Shown here in pieces: positions 20,033 through 30,852 of a DNA stretch of 64,000 bases. The stretch covers positions 449,824 to 513,823 of the forward strand of contig CAWKNI010000008.1 of NCBI GenBank assembly GCA_963851005.1, given 5' to 3'. The notes beneath the pieces are model-generated. The model was not told where the DNA came from, did not search any database, and was given only the letters and a program-made list of their open reading frames with translations. A program made the translations under genes and the position numbers. This stretch comes from an uncultured delta proteobacterium. Its GTDB lineage: Bacteria > Desulfobacterota > Syntrophia > Syntrophales > Smithellaceae. Numbering within the stretch: position 1 is the first letter of the stretch; each line of letters opens with the position of its first letter.

Positions 20033-20276
20033 GTTATCCTCAAATCGTCAATCATGATAATCATTCAACCTTTCAATCGGAAACAATCAAAAAAGCTGAA
20101 ATCTAACTTAATATATAGTACAAACATTGGCGGTCGGTCACTATAGAGAAAAAGAAAAATAGATAAGCAACACAAAATAATTTATTTATGTATTTGTTAC
20201 TACGAAAAATGCTACATTACGACACAGGTTTATTGTCTTGAATAATAAAATTATGTTTTAATTGATAGACCAAATT

Positions 20277-21932
20277 ATGAATCAAAAATATAAATATTTC
20301 ATTGTCATATTTTTAATTGTTGCTTCTTTTATCGCTTATGGCCGGATTTTAGGCAATGGGTTTGTTAATTATGACGACATAGGATACATTACTGACAACA
20401 ATCATATTAAATCAGGCATTAATCCGGAAAGTATTAAATGGGCATTTACCACTACGTATTTTAGCTATTGGCATCCCCTTACCTGGCTTTCGCATATGCT
20501 GGATTGGAGTTTGTTTAAGGATCTTGCGGGCGGTCATCATTTAATTGGTTTGCTGTTACATATTAGCAGTGTTCTCTTTTTGTTCTTCTTTTTAAACAGA
20601 ACAACAAAGTCCCTCTGGCCATCGGCTTTTACTGCGGCTTTTTTTGCTCTGCATCCCTTGCGGGTAGAATCTGTAGCCTGGGCCTGCGAACGTAAAGACG
20701 TTTTAAGTATGTTTTTCGGCTTAGCAAGTATTTACGCTTATGCCTATTATGCAGAAAGTTATAAACTTTCTAAATATTTTCTTTGTTTAATATTATTTTC
20801 TTTGAGTTTGATGGCCAAACCAATTATGGTCACCTTGCCTTTTGTATTGTTGCTTCTTGATTACTGGCCATTGGAGAGATGGCAAAAGGTGTTAAGTCCA
20901 GTCAAAATGCAAGTTGTTAATACGATCTCTATGAAGAACGAAGAAAAAGAGATATTCGTATCGGTCAAAAGCCGGAGTTGTTTGATCGGTAGGCTTTTGT
21001 GGGAAAAGGGCCCTTTTATTTTCTTAACAGTCATCTTGAGCATTATGACTTTCTGGGCTCAAAATAAAAACAGTGCAGTTCCTTCATTGGAAATTCTGCC
21101 CTTTTCTACGCGTATTGCAAATGCAATCAATTCTTATGTCTCTTATTTAGGAAAAATTTTCTGGCCGGTTGATTTGGCGGTATTTTATCCCTATGAGCTT
21201 TCCTTGCCTTTATGGAAAATTATGATTTTCTGTCTCATTCTTATAGTAATTACCACTACTGTTCTTTACTACGTCAAAAAACTGCCTTTTTTATTCGTGG
21301 GCTGGTTCTGGTATTTGGGAACTTTGATTCCAGGAATTGGAGTTGTTCAGGCTGGAGAGCAGGCGATGGCCGACCGCCATACTTATTTGCCATCTATTGG
21401 CATTGCTATTATGCTGGCCTGGGGTATTCCACTTCTGTTCCAGAGATTAGCGATTCGTAAAAAGATTTTATTCTCGGTGGCAATAGCAGCTCTTTGCGTG
21501 CTTGTTGTATCGACCTGGATGCAATGCGGGTACTGGAAAAATAGCATCACTCTCTTTAGTCACGCTTTGCAGGTGACTAAGAATAATTATCTGGCACATA
21601 ACAATCTGGGAGTTGCTCTATCTGCTGAAAGCAAAATCGAGGCGGCTATTGATAATTATAACGAAACAATCAGCATAAAACCGAATTATTACAGAGCCTA
21701 CAACAACAGGGGAAATGCATACTGTAAACTCGGTCAGTATCAGTTAGCCATTGAAGACTTTAATCAAGCTATCCGCATAAAACCGGATTATGCCGAGGCA
21801 TATAACAACAAAGGAGGGGTTTATTTATTGCAGAGCAATACCAATCTTGGCTGCCGTTATGCGCAAAAGGCTTGTGAATTGGGAGTCTGCAAAGCGTTAG
21901 AAAAAGCAAAAAGCAACGGCTACTGCCGTTAA
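20277..21932 (+). CDS. Polytopic membrane TPR protein (TMTC-like GT-C glycosyltransferase family)
   Basis: YDD, WHPLTW, HPLRVESVAW..ERKD, ADRH.Y.P motifs; C-terminal TPRs. Confidence 0.8.
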   Translation: MNQKYKYFIVIFLIVASFIAYGRILGNGFVNYDDIGYITDNNHIKSGINPESIKWAFTTTYFSYWHPLTWLSHMLDWSLFKDLAGGHHLIGLLLHISSVLFLFFFLNRTTKSLWPSAFTAAFFALHPLRVESVAWACERKDVLSMFFGLASIYAYAYYAESYKLSKYFLCLILFSLSLMAKPIMVTLPFVLLLLDYWPLERWQKVLSPVKMQVVNTISMKNEEKEIFVSVKSRSCLIGRLLWEKGPFIFLTVILSIMTFWAQNKNSAVPSLEILPFSTRIANAINSYVSYLGKIFWPVDLAVFYPYELSLPLWKIMIFCLILIVITTTVLYYVKKLPFLFVGWFWYLGTLIPGIGVVQAGEQAMADRHTYLPSIGIAIMLAWGIPLLFQRLAIRKKILFSVAIAALCVLVVSTWMQCGYWKNSITLFSHALQVTKNNYLAHNNLGVALSAESKIEAAIDNYNETISIKPNYYRAYNNRGNAYCKLGQYQLAIEDFNQAIRIKPDYAEAYNNKGGVYLLQSNTNLGCRYAQKACELGVCKALEKAKSNGYCR

Positions 21933-21964
21933 TTTTATGGGGGGGGGCGCTAAAACTGATTACA

Positions 21965-23906
21965 GTAGAGTAGAGAACTGGCGTAGTGGCTTCATGCTCT
22001 ATCTCCAGTTCCCCCTCGTCAATTCCGTACGTTCGGTTTTCCCGAATACGGCTTACCGATTATCTTCATCCGGTTGCCTTCACATTCTGTACCCAAGGAG
22101 CTTCCGTAGGAACTTCATACAGACCTAAGGAATCAAAATAATACCTGTCCGGATATGCATTATACCCAGAGCTGAGGTAGTGGTGCTTCCGGCGCAAGTA
22201 GATCCGCATCCTGTACCCCAGATAATATCTCAGAGACGACATGGCTTTCGTGCAATTGCCAAATCGAAAGTAGCCTACCCATCCTCTGGCGACCTCATTT
22301 ACTCTCCGAATCACAACTTCCGTCGGTGTTGCACTGAACCGCTCAGTCGTCAATTGCTTGATTGCCGATCGTATATGCTTCAGTGCTTTCTTGGACGGCT
22401 CTGTGTGGGGATACATTTTGCCGGTTTTCTGTCCTCGTTTCATGCCTATGCTGAAACCAAGAAAGTTAAAGCTCTCATGGCGTGCATCCACAACACGAGT
22501 CTTTTCCTCATTAAGCGTGAGGCCAAGTTCTTCGAGAACCAGTCTTACCCCCTTCAGTATCCGATCGGTGTTGCCCCTGCATAAGATGACGCAGTCATCC
22601 GCGTATCTTACCAGTCGTGCTCCCAGTCTTTCCTGAACTCTCTTGACTACCCATAACGTGTCAAGTACGTTCAGGTAAATATTGGCAAGCAAGGGAGAGA
22701 TTACCCCTCCCTGCGGTGTCCCTTTGTCATTCCTTTTGTACTCTTTCTTGCCATCCTCACGTTCTTCCACAATCGAAGCCCTGAGCCACATCTTGATAAG
22801 CTTCAGTATCTGTTTATCTACGATGCGCTTGGCTACTAACTGCATCAGTTTATCATGAGGAATGGTATCGAAGTACTTGGAAATATCGGCATCGATTACA
22901 TCAGTTTTGCCTTTAAAGAGGTGACTCTTTACATCTTCCACCGCCTGATGGGCGTTCCGCTTCGGTCTGAATCCATACGAGTTGTCCTGAAAGTCGGCTT
23001 CAAAGATAGGCTCGATTACTATCTTCACGGCCATCTGCACTACCCTGTCTTTGATCACCGGTATTCCCAGCGGTCTCTTGCCGCCTGACGCCTTAGGGAT
23101 GTAAACCCTACGGACAGCCTGTGGCTTGTAGTCTTTCCGCTTTAGTTCACCGGCAATCTTTTCAAGATACTTCTCTGCTCCTCCTTCTCTCTTCTCTATG
23201 CTACCAAAAGTTTCGCCATCTATTCCAGGCGCTCCCTTGTTCGCTTTGACAAGGTTGTAGGCGTGGCTCAGGATGTCCGGCCTGTATATCTTGTCATAGA
23301 GAAGATAGAATCGGTACTCTTTCTCCTGTTTGGCCTTCCGGTATAGTTTCCTCTGAAGTTCCCGAATCGCTTCTGGGGTTTTCAGCATTACCGCAATCCC
23401 CTTTCCTTTACTTCTTCTGAAACCTGATAAAAGTATTGCCCCTTCCCTCTCCCAAGGTTATGTTGTCCTTGGAATACAAGCGGTACATATGGGCAAATCC
23501 GACTCCCTTGCCGACCCGGTGAAACTTCGTTTCCTTATATCCACCTGTTGCCCTCCTGTTGGGCATCGGCAAGGGTCTCCCGTGTTCATTCTCGTATGGC
23601 TGCCCCTGCGTGTCACCCCTGTTACCCCGGAAGTCCCTCTATCGGTTCTGGTAGTTTTCGTTAAGATAGATGCTACGGTCTTCCCCCTTCCATTACGGGG
23701 TCGACAACTCCATCGTGTGTTTCGAGGCTACATCTGGGTTCGCTTACGCTGCAACCCGCAGGTTTGCTCGACTCCCTTACGGAGCCTTTGTCAGGAAACT
23801 TAGTGCTTCAGGTTACCCTTAACACCTCCCTCAAGCTACATGGGTGAACTACCGAACTCCCATGATCGGACTTTAACCGACTAGTCATACGTTTCACACG
23901 GCATAC
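21965..23906 (-). mobile_element. Group II intron 1 (~1.94 kb), intergenic
   Basis: 5' GTATGCCGTGTG at 23906; DV aagccgtattcgggaaaaccgaacgtacgg; DVI ending ctctac at 21965. Confidence 0.88.
22066..23388 (-). CDS. ltrA: Group II intron reverse transcriptase/maturase (no endonuclease domain)
   Basis: KGAPGIDG, RPLGIP, GTPQGGVISPLLAN, RYADD, maturase GW.GYF. Confidence 0.95.
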   Translation of the reverse strand: MLKTPEAIRELQRKLYRKAKQEKEYRFYLLYDKIYRPDILSHAYNLVKANKGAPGIDGETFGSIEKREGGAEKYLEKIAGELKRKDYKPQAVRRVYIPKASGGKRPLGIPVIKDRVVQMAVKIVIEPIFEADFQDNSYGFRPKRNAHQAVEDVKSHLFKGKTDVIDADISKYFDTIPHDKLMQLVAKRIVDKQILKLIKMWLRASIVEEREDGKKEYKRNDKGTPQGGVISPLLANIYLNVLDTLWVVKRVQERLGARLVRYADDCVILCRGNTDRILKGVRLVLEELGLTLNEEKTRVVDARHESFNFLGFSIGMKRGQKTGKMYPHTEPSKKALKHIRSAIKQLTTERFSATPTEVVIRRVNEVARGWVGYFRFGNCTKAMSSLRYYLGYRMRIYLRRKHHYLSSGYNAYPDRYYFDSLGLYEVPTEAPWVQNVKATG

Positions 23907-24200
23907 AATGGTAATTCTCAATTCAGACGACTGCCAAATACTGTGGATAAGTAGGTGAAATCTGCATATTCACTGATTCAGGAATCAGATTTTTATTTCT
24001 TCCTTATCCTTATTTTAAAATTTTAATTTTTATGCTAGGTTACAAACAGTAATAGTTAAAAATCCATTTTCATTAAAAGTATCAACCGTAAATAATCACG
24101 GCAACGCTGAACGCTAACTTTATATGTGGTACAAATTTAAGGCACAGATCGGCAGCGGCATGGAAAAGTATAAGGTCAATAAAACACGTAGGGAAACATC

Positions 24201-24737
24201 ATGGGGAAAGTGCTTGCGTTGCTGCTCATAATTCTATTGGCTATAACGTTGGTTGTTGGTTACCTGTATCTCAACGAGAAGATTATTGTCGGGGAAAAAC
24301 AAATAGCCTATGGTCAAAGAGAGATTGAAAAAGGACAGCTCGCTCTCGATAAAGGTAAGGCCAAGTTGGAGATCGGGAAACGAAAGTTGTCAGAGGGCAA
24401 GAAGGAGTACGAGCAAGCTAAAAACAACCGCTTCTTGGTGTTAGCGGACAAACTGTTGATAGGCCGAAAGGGCTTCAAGAAAGCTAGAGAGCGGATAGTC
24501 GAAGGTGAAAAAAAGATTGCCGAAGGAGAGAACAAGGTTAGCGTCGGGGAAAAGCAACTTGATGCAGCAAAGCTGAAACTGTACCAAGGGCGTGAACAGT
24601 TGAGGCTAGCCAAGTTCGCACTTGTTGCCTGTGGGCTCGGGGCAGCTTTTTTTGCTTTTTTATCGGTTGTACTCGGGTTCTGTTGGCGGCGCTCACTGCC
24701 CCAGATCTTTATATACCCTAAGCAGAACTTGACTTGA
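24201..24737 (+). CDS. Hypothetical membrane protein with coiled coil between two TM helices
   Basis: Hydrophobic termini, heptad-rich middle. Confidence 0.65.
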   Translation: MGKVLALLLIILLAITLVVGYLYLNEKIIVGEKQIAYGQREIEKGQLALDKGKAKLEIGKRKLSEGKKEYEQAKNNRFLVLADKLLIGRKGFKKARERIVEGEKKIAEGENKVSVGEKQLDAAKLKLYQGREQLRLAKFALVACGLGAAFFAFLSVVLGFCWRRSLPQIFIYPKQNLT

Positions 24738-24913
24738 CAGTGTTTCAATTGGGGCTACACTTGTCAATGAAAATGACAATATTGATACTCTAATAAAAAG
24801 GGCCGATACTCTTTTATATAAAAGCAAGGAAAAGGGAAGAAACTGTTTGACAATGGGCTGATTCGGTGGAAAGATTCACACAATTACCATTAAAAATGCA
24901 GGAGGGAGCAAGT

Positions 24914-25603
24914 ATGAAAAAGTACGGTGCAGAGTTTTTCGGAACCTTCTGGCTGGTTTTGGGAGGGTGTGGCAGTGCGGTTTTGGCAGCCGCATTTCCA
25001 AACATTGGTATCGGTTTGCTCGGTGTTGCGTTAGCCTTCGGTTTGACAGTGCTGACGATGGCCTTCGCGATTGGGCATATTTCCGGTTGCCATCTTAATC
25101 CGGCGGTATCTGTCGGACTCTGGGCTGGCGGCCGTTTTCCTGCAAAAGACCTTCTCCCTTACATTATCGCCCAGGTTCTGGGAGCAATTGTTGCGGGTGG
25201 TGTCCTTTATCTCATTGCCAGCGGCAAAGCCGGTTTCACTCTGGCATCCGGTTTCGCTTCCAACGGTTACGGAGAACATTCTCCGGGAGGTTACTCTTTA
25301 CTAGCAGCCATGATCACGGAAGTTGTCATGACCATGATGTTTTTACTCGTTATCATGGGCGCGACCGATAAGCGTGCGCCTCAAGGATTCGCGCCAATTG
25401 CTATAGGTCTTTGTCTTACATTGATTCACCTGATTAGCATTCCTGTGACCAATACTTCTGTTAATCCCGCTAGAAGCACAGGCGTTGCTCTGTTTGCCGG
25501 AGGTTGGGCGCTTGCGCAGTTATGGCTTTTCTGGCTAGCGCCAATTGTCGGCGGTGTTCTTGGAGCTGTCATCTATCGTTTTATAGGTTCTGTTGAGGAA
25601 TAA
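24914..25603 (+). CDS. aqpZ: Aquaporin Z
   Basis: [20 protein letters not shown] start, HLNPAV and SVNPARS motifs. Confidence 0.95.
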   Translation: MKKYGAEFFGTFWLVLGGCGSAVLAAAFPNIGIGLLGVALAFGLTVLTMAFAIGHISGCHLNPAVSVGLWAGGRFPAKDLLPYIIAQVLGAIVAGGVLYLIASGKAGFTLASGFASNGYGEHSPGGYSLLAAMITEVVMTMMFLLVIMGATDKRAPQGFAPIAIGLCLTLIHLISIPVTNTSVNPARSTGVALFAGGWALAQLWLFWLAPIVGGVLGAVIYRFIGSVEE

Positions 25604-25779
25604 TCTATAACAGGTGTGATAATTAGTGAAACCTGAGTAGACTGCAATTTTTATGATAATACCAATTTATCTGTTAGTTACCCTATTGCAGATGGTAATT
25701 AATGGAAAGATAATCTTAAATATAAGGTAATCTTTTCTTAAAATCTAATTTCTAGTACTTAATACGAAAGGAGAATGTC

Positions 25780-26394
25780 ATGAAAAAGATTTGTATGTTA
25801 GCGGCAGTGTTAATGATGATGACTTTTATAACAGCAGTAAATGCATATGCAAGAGCAGGCGGATTACCCGACATTACTATTGATCCAACGATTAAAGCGT
25901 GTGACTGTCGTCTTTTCCCTCAATGCTGCCCGCAACCGGTAGTTGAACCAGTACCAGCTCCAGTACCAGTTCCAGAGCCAGTTCCTGTTCCTCCGCCGCC
26001 ACCACCACCACCTCCTCCTCCGGCTCCAATGAAAGAAAAGGTCACAATATCGCTTAATGTGGAATTTGATACAAATAAGGCAATCGTTAAGGATAAATAT
26101 TATGACGAAATCAAGAGGGTGGCAGATTTTATGAAAGAGTTTCCAGATACAACCTGTGAAATTGGTGGTCATACTGACAATATTGCCAGTGCAGCCTACA
26201 ATCAGAAATTATCCGAAAAACGCGCTAACAGCGTTCGTCAATATCTTATTGACAAATTCGGAATTGACGGGTCTCGTCTCACCGCTGCTGGTTATGGACT
26301 GACTAAGCCGATTGCAAGTAATGATACCGCAGAAGGTCGCCAGAAGAACCGCAGAGTTGAAGCTGTCATGGAAGCGATTAGAATAGTTCAATAA
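25780..26394 (+). CDS. OmpA C-terminal peptidoglycan-binding protein with Cys-rich and Pro-rich N-region, no beta-barrel
   Basis: Signal peptide, CDC...CC, poly-Pro, GHTD...NQKLSEKRA...NRRVE. Confidence 0.88.
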   Translation: MKKICMLAAVLMMMTFITAVNAYARAGGLPDITIDPTIKACDCRLFPQCCPQPVVEPVPAPVPVPEPVPVPPPPPPPPPPPAPMKEKVTISLNVEFDTNKAIVKDKYYDEIKRVADFMKEFPDTTCEIGGHTDNIASAAYNQKLSEKRANSVRQYLIDKFGIDGSRLTAAGYGLTKPIASNDTAEGRQKNRRVEAVMEAIRIVQ

Positions 26395-26558
26395 TTGTTT
26401 TAACAACTTTATAATCTTAAAGATAAGGCCTTGTAACCTATGTAAGGTTATGGGGCCTTATCCTGATTGATTTATTTTTTATTAGACTATTATATATAAT
26501 TTTAAAAAAATGTTTCCAAAAAATTAATTTATTAACGGTTGCATGAAAGGAGAGTATT

Positions 26559-27083
26559 ATGAAAAAGATTATGGTGTTAATGGTTACAATAATGATGATG
26601 TTTGTTGTTACAGCAGCACAGGCTGAGGTCAGGGCCGGTGGTTTACCAGAACTTACTATTGATCCAGCGATTAAAAACTGTTCCTGTCCGCCCTGCTGTT
26701 CCGAAACAACACCGGCGCCAATGAAAGAGAAGGTTACCATAGCACTTAATGTTGAATTCGATACAGATAAGGCAATTGTTAAAGATAAATATTATAACGA
26801 TATTAAGAGAGTAGCAAATTTCATGAAAAAGTTTCCTGATACGATCGCTGAAATTGGAGGTCATACTGACAATATTGCAAGCAATGCCTATAATCAGAAA
26901 TTATCCGAGAAAAGAGCAAACAGCGTTCGTCAATACATTATTGACAAATTTGGCATTGACGGGTCTCGCCTGACTGCTAAGGGTTATGGAGAGAATAAAC
27001 CTATTGCCAGCAATGACACGGAAGAAGGCCGCCAGAAAAACCGTAGAGTCGAAGCTGTCATTGAAGCGATGAGGATAAAATAA
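26559..27083 (+). CDS. Tandem paralog OmpA-family protein (short linker)
   Basis: Closely similar to 25780-26394; CSCPPCC motif. Confidence 0.88.
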   Translation: MKKIMVLMVTIMMMFVVTAAQAEVRAGGLPELTIDPAIKNCSCPPCCSETTPAPMKEKVTIALNVEFDTDKAIVKDKYYNDIKRVANFMKKFPDTIAEIGGHTDNIASNAYNQKLSEKRANSVRQYIIDKFGIDGSRLTAKGYGENKPIASNDTEEGRQKNRRVEAVIEAMRIK

Positions 27084-27328
27084 ATATAGAGCAGTTTAAT
27101 GATTCTGAAAATAATTAAGGCTCCATGACTTTGCCACGGTTATGGGGCCTTTTAATAAGTTACCGTGACGACACGTAGGTTGATTTTTGTTGTCAGGCAT
27201 GAATTATGTTTATTTCAATCGGAAATAATCAAAAAACTGCTGAACGTTAACTTAACTTATGGTAGAAGCATATGGGTAGTTTAACAGCAATCTGAAAAAT
27301 ACAGAATATCGAAAGGAGCAGTATTTAT

Positions 27329-27586
27329 ATGTCAAAGCGTATTGTTTTGGGTATTCAAGTAACAAATCGTGTGAAAAAAATTCCCGAAGTACAGAATATT
27401 CTCACAGAGCATGGATGTAACATTAAGACGCGCCTAGGTTTACATGAAGTGTCGAAATCGGTTTGCTCGACTCTGGGTCTTTTGCTTCTTGATACTTATG
27501 GAGCTGAGGCTGAAATTCTCGAAATGGAGAAGAAGCTCAAGAGGATTAAAGGACTGGTGGTTAAGAAAATGACTTTCGAGATGTAG
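27329..27586 (+). CDS. Small ACT/NikR-C-like protein (TM1266 / iron-only hydrogenase regulator-like)
   Basis: VQ.ILT.HGC.IKTRLGLH motif; AAGGAG RBS. Confidence 0.7.
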   Translation: MSKRIVLGIQVTNRVKKIPEVQNILTEHGCNIKTRLGLHEVSKSVCSTLGLLLLDTYGAEAEILEMEKKLKRIKGLVVKKMTFEM

Positions 27587-27907
27587 CAAGAAATATTTTT
27601 TGCAATAAAAGATCATCTGCTCCAAAAAAATTATGTTAACAGCAAGTGTAAAGATGAAAGATGAATTATACTTCCTGAAGAGAGCGTCTTCTTTTTCCCC
27701 GTCTATTCAACCTTTCACCTCGTAAGTCACACTTTTTAAAATATTAATTTTATGCTAAATAAAACGAGAACCAAGCAGGAACAGAAAACTTTAAATCAGC
27801 AGGAGAATGCAGCCAGCAAACAAATCTACAATGAGAAACATGGTCAATAAATAAGTCATTGCTCACAGTATTACATAGCATAGTAGTCCAATAAGGGAGG
27901 TAACAAA

Positions 27908-28558
27908 ATGAAAAAGTTGCTTTTTGGAACAATCGTTTTAGCGTTGATAAGTATTTTCCCTATCACGACAATGGCAGGGGTAGATGTGAATGTTGGAATT
28001 TCTATACCATTGCCACCGCCTGTCACATTTGCAGCACCGCCGGATGTAGTTGCATTACCAGATACCAATGGTGTTTATGTTGCTCCTGGTGTAAACGTAG
28101 ACATGTTTTTCTGGAATGGTTTCTGGTGGCGTCCATGGGAAGGTCGCTGGTATCGTTCACCGTATTATGATCGTGGCTGGGCTTATTTCGATAGTGTTCC
28201 AAGTTTTTATTATGACGTAGATCCGTATTGGAGAGGAAATTATCAGAATCATAATTGGCACGGTCACATTTGGAATTATCAACCAATTCCTCATTCACAA
28301 CTTCAACAGAACTGGAAGAACTGGCAAAGTAATCGATCTTGGGGCAATCAAAAAACTTGGGGCGTTCAGGGTTATACACCTAAACCTCAACAGCAGAGAC
28401 AGATCCTCAGACAACAAAGACAAACGATATACCAACAAAAACCCGAAGTTCAAAAACATCAACAATTTCAAAGACAACAGAGACAACAGCAAAACAAGGG
28501 TAAATCAAATCAACAGTCTCGAGGGCATGAAGGCAGAGGTGAAGAACATGGAAGGTAG
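27908..28558 (+). CDS. Secreted Trp/Tyr-rich protein with Gln-rich tail
   Basis: Signal peptide, VNVGI..PPP, FFWNGFWWR..GRWYRS, low-complexity C-terminus. Confidence 0.7.
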   Translation: MKKLLFGTIVLALISIFPITTMAGVDVNVGISIPLPPPVTFAAPPDVVALPDTNGVYVAPGVNVDMFFWNGFWWRPWEGRWYRSPYYDRGWAYFDSVPSFYYDVDPYWRGNYQNHNWHGHIWNYQPIPHSQLQQNWKNWQSNRSWGNQKTWGVQGYTPKPQQQRQILRQQRQTIYQQKPEVQKHQQFQRQQRQQQNKGKSNQQSRGHEGRGEEHGR

Positions 28559-28601
28559 GTGGACAAGAAGTTAAACACACTATCTTTTTGATCGGTGAGT
28601 G

Positions 28602-28635
28602 AAAGGCAGGGTCAGAAATGGCTCTGCCTTTTTTT
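28602..28635 (+). terminator. Intrinsic terminator
   Basis: aaaggcagggtc-loop-ggctctgccttttttt. Confidence 0.7.
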
Positions 28636-28655
28636 ATGCACCTTTTAAATGGTAA

Positions 28656-30488
28656 GTGCGCCACGAGGCTGCACAAGAGATGAGGGTAGACCCCTCGAAG
28701 TCGGCTTGCAGGGGCAGGCTTCAAACCACCTTGAGCTGCATTGGTAAAGAGCCATTGTGGTGAGCGTCAAGGAAAAGGCAGGGCAAAGACCCTGTCAGGT
28801 GAGGTTCAGGGAGGCGAGCGCAAGCGAACTACCTCTGAGGTGTCGAAATGAAAAGGATGATGTCAAAACGGGGGGGCTTACCATCTTCCAGGACGAGTTC
28901 AAGGGGAACCTGTTTACTGCTTGAACGGCATCCGGCATAAAGGTAGCGCGAACCTGATCCGGGCTTTTGTGTGGAACGTGGGAACCTGTCGTCCTGATGT
29001 TAAGGGAAAAATTCAAGTGGAGGAAACCACAAGAATGAAAGTACCGATGCGGGGCACAGGGGCGGAGCAGTCAGTATTAGGAACGAAGGTTCTGTAATGG
29101 AACTGGACCGAAGGGACTGCGTTGTCTGGCTATATTTGCAAGTCAACCAGAAATGGGAGGAGCTTCGTGAATAGAGCAAAGCCATTTAGTATTTCAAAGT
29201 GGGAGGTATGGGAGTCATACAAAAGGGTAAAGGCTAACAAGGGGGCGGCTGGAGTAGACGGGCAATCCATTGCAGAATTTGAAGAGGATTTGAAAGATAA
29301 CCTTTTTAAGAACTGGAATCGGATGTCCTCAGGCAGCTATTTTCCACCACCTGTACGTCGGGTCGATATACCAAAGGATAATGGGAAAACCAGGCCGCTG
29401 GGAATACCAACAGTGGCAGACCGCATTGCCCAGACGGTAGTCAAGCGATACCTGGAGCCGATCTTGGAAGAACATTTCCATACGGACTCTTATGGGTATC
29501 GTCCAGGGAAGTCTGCGAGAGAGGCCGTAGGGGTTGCACGTCAGCGTTGCTGGCGATACGACTGGGTACTTGACCTTGACATCAAAGGTTTCTTTGACAA
29601 TATCGACCATGATCTTTTGATGCGGGCGGTAAGGAAACATACCGATTGCAAATGGGTACTTCTATACATCGAAAGATGGTTGAAGGCTCCGGCGCAATTG
29701 GCAGATGGCAGCCTGATTAATCGGGAGAAGGGGACTCCGCAAGGGGGAGTGGTTAGTCCATTACTTGCGAATCTCTTCTTACATTACGCGTTCGATCTAT
29801 GGATGAATAGGCAATATCCTCAGATTCCATTCGAGCGGTATGCCGATGATGGGATTTGTCATTGTCGGAGCAGAGCCGAAGCGGAAATGCTTCGTGTAGC
29901 GATGGAAAAGCGTTTTGCTGAATGCGGGTTAGAGCTAAACTTGCAGAAGACGAGGATTGTTTACTGCAAGGAAGATGGACGGCGAGGAAATTATCCTGAG
30001 CAGAAATTTGATTTCCTAGGCTTTACATTTCAGCCTAGGAGAGCGAAAAATCGCAAGGAAAAATTATTCGTCGGATTTATGCCTGCAATTAGCAACAAAG
30101 CCAAGAAATCGATATGCGAGAATATGAGGCGATGGAAAATGCACCGGCAAACGGACAAATCCCTAGACGATCTAGCCCGAGTAGTCAACCCAGTATTAAG
30201 GGGTTGGATTAACTATTACGGCAGTTACTACAAATCAGCTCTTTACCGTGTTTTTCAACCTCTGAACAATATACTTGGTCGGTGGGCATCCCGGAAATAC
30301 AAAAGATTGAGGAGAAATAACCAGAGGGCGAGGCAATGGGTGCAGAGTATATTTCACCGGCAACCGAAGCTATTTGCCCATTGGCAACTCTCGCAAGGTA
30401 AGGCTGGACAATAGGAGCTGGATGACGGGAGACTGTCACGTCCAGTTCTGGGAGAGCGCAAGAGTGAAATTCTCTTGCGCCACTCGAC
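28656..30488 (+). mobile_element. Group II intron 2 (~1.83 kb; RmInt1/class D-like), intergenic
   Basis: 5' GTGCG at 28656; DV gagctggatgacgggagactgtcacgtccagttc; DVI hairpin ending ...cactcgac. Confidence 0.88.
29167..30414 (+). CDS. ltrA: Group II intron reverse transcriptase/maturase (no endonuclease domain)
   Basis: KPF.ISK..VWE.YKRVKANKGAAGVDG, GTPQGG, RYADD; GTG start after GGGAGG. Confidence 0.93.
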   Translation: MNRAKPFSISKWEVWESYKRVKANKGAAGVDGQSIAEFEEDLKDNLFKNWNRMSSGSYFPPPVRRVDIPKDNGKTRPLGIPTVADRIAQTVVKRYLEPILEEHFHTDSYGYRPGKSAREAVGVARQRCWRYDWVLDLDIKGFFDNIDHDLLMRAVRKHTDCKWVLLYIERWLKAPAQLADGSLINREKGTPQGGVVSPLLANLFLHYAFDLWMNRQYPQIPFERYADDGICHCRSRAEAEMLRVAMEKRFAECGLELNLQKTRIVYCKEDGRRGNYPEQKFDFLGFTFQPRRAKNRKEKLFVGFMPAISNKAKKSICENMRRWKMHRQTDKSLDDLARVVNPVLRGWINYYGSYYKSALYRVFQPLNNILGRWASRKYKRLRRNNQRARQWVQSIFHRQPKLFAHWQLSQGKAGQ

Positions 30489-30852
30489 TCTTCATTCCAG
30501 TTCTAAACAGAAAATTATTGATAGTATATGCAAGAAACAATTCTGACAGTCAGGGCATGAGTTTTTTTTCTTCCTGTAACAAACAAATCGTCAACCTTGA
30601 TACATATGCAATCTTTCAATCGGTAATACACACTATTTACAACCGACGACAAACGTTAATACTTAACATTTTGTGGCCAAGATTTCCTTGACATACAAGT
30701 CCGCTCTATTATATTTTACAACACATAAGAAATTCGATGCGAACATGACATATCAGTTTTAGTGTAATTAATAATCCCGGGGAAATAGATATAACGTAAA
30801 ATTTTTCCCCAATAATTATATTTATAGAAAGATAGGACAAAAGGAGAGTATT

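Noticed and set aside
21939-21947. G9 homopolymer as a phase-variation tract
   Set aside because: Intergenic, downstream of a stop codon, and not in an evident promoter
22066-30414. RT genes as retron, DGR or defence RTs
   Set aside because: Both have maturase domains, immediate DV/DVI structures and intron 5' ends; no TR/VR pair or msr-msd was seen
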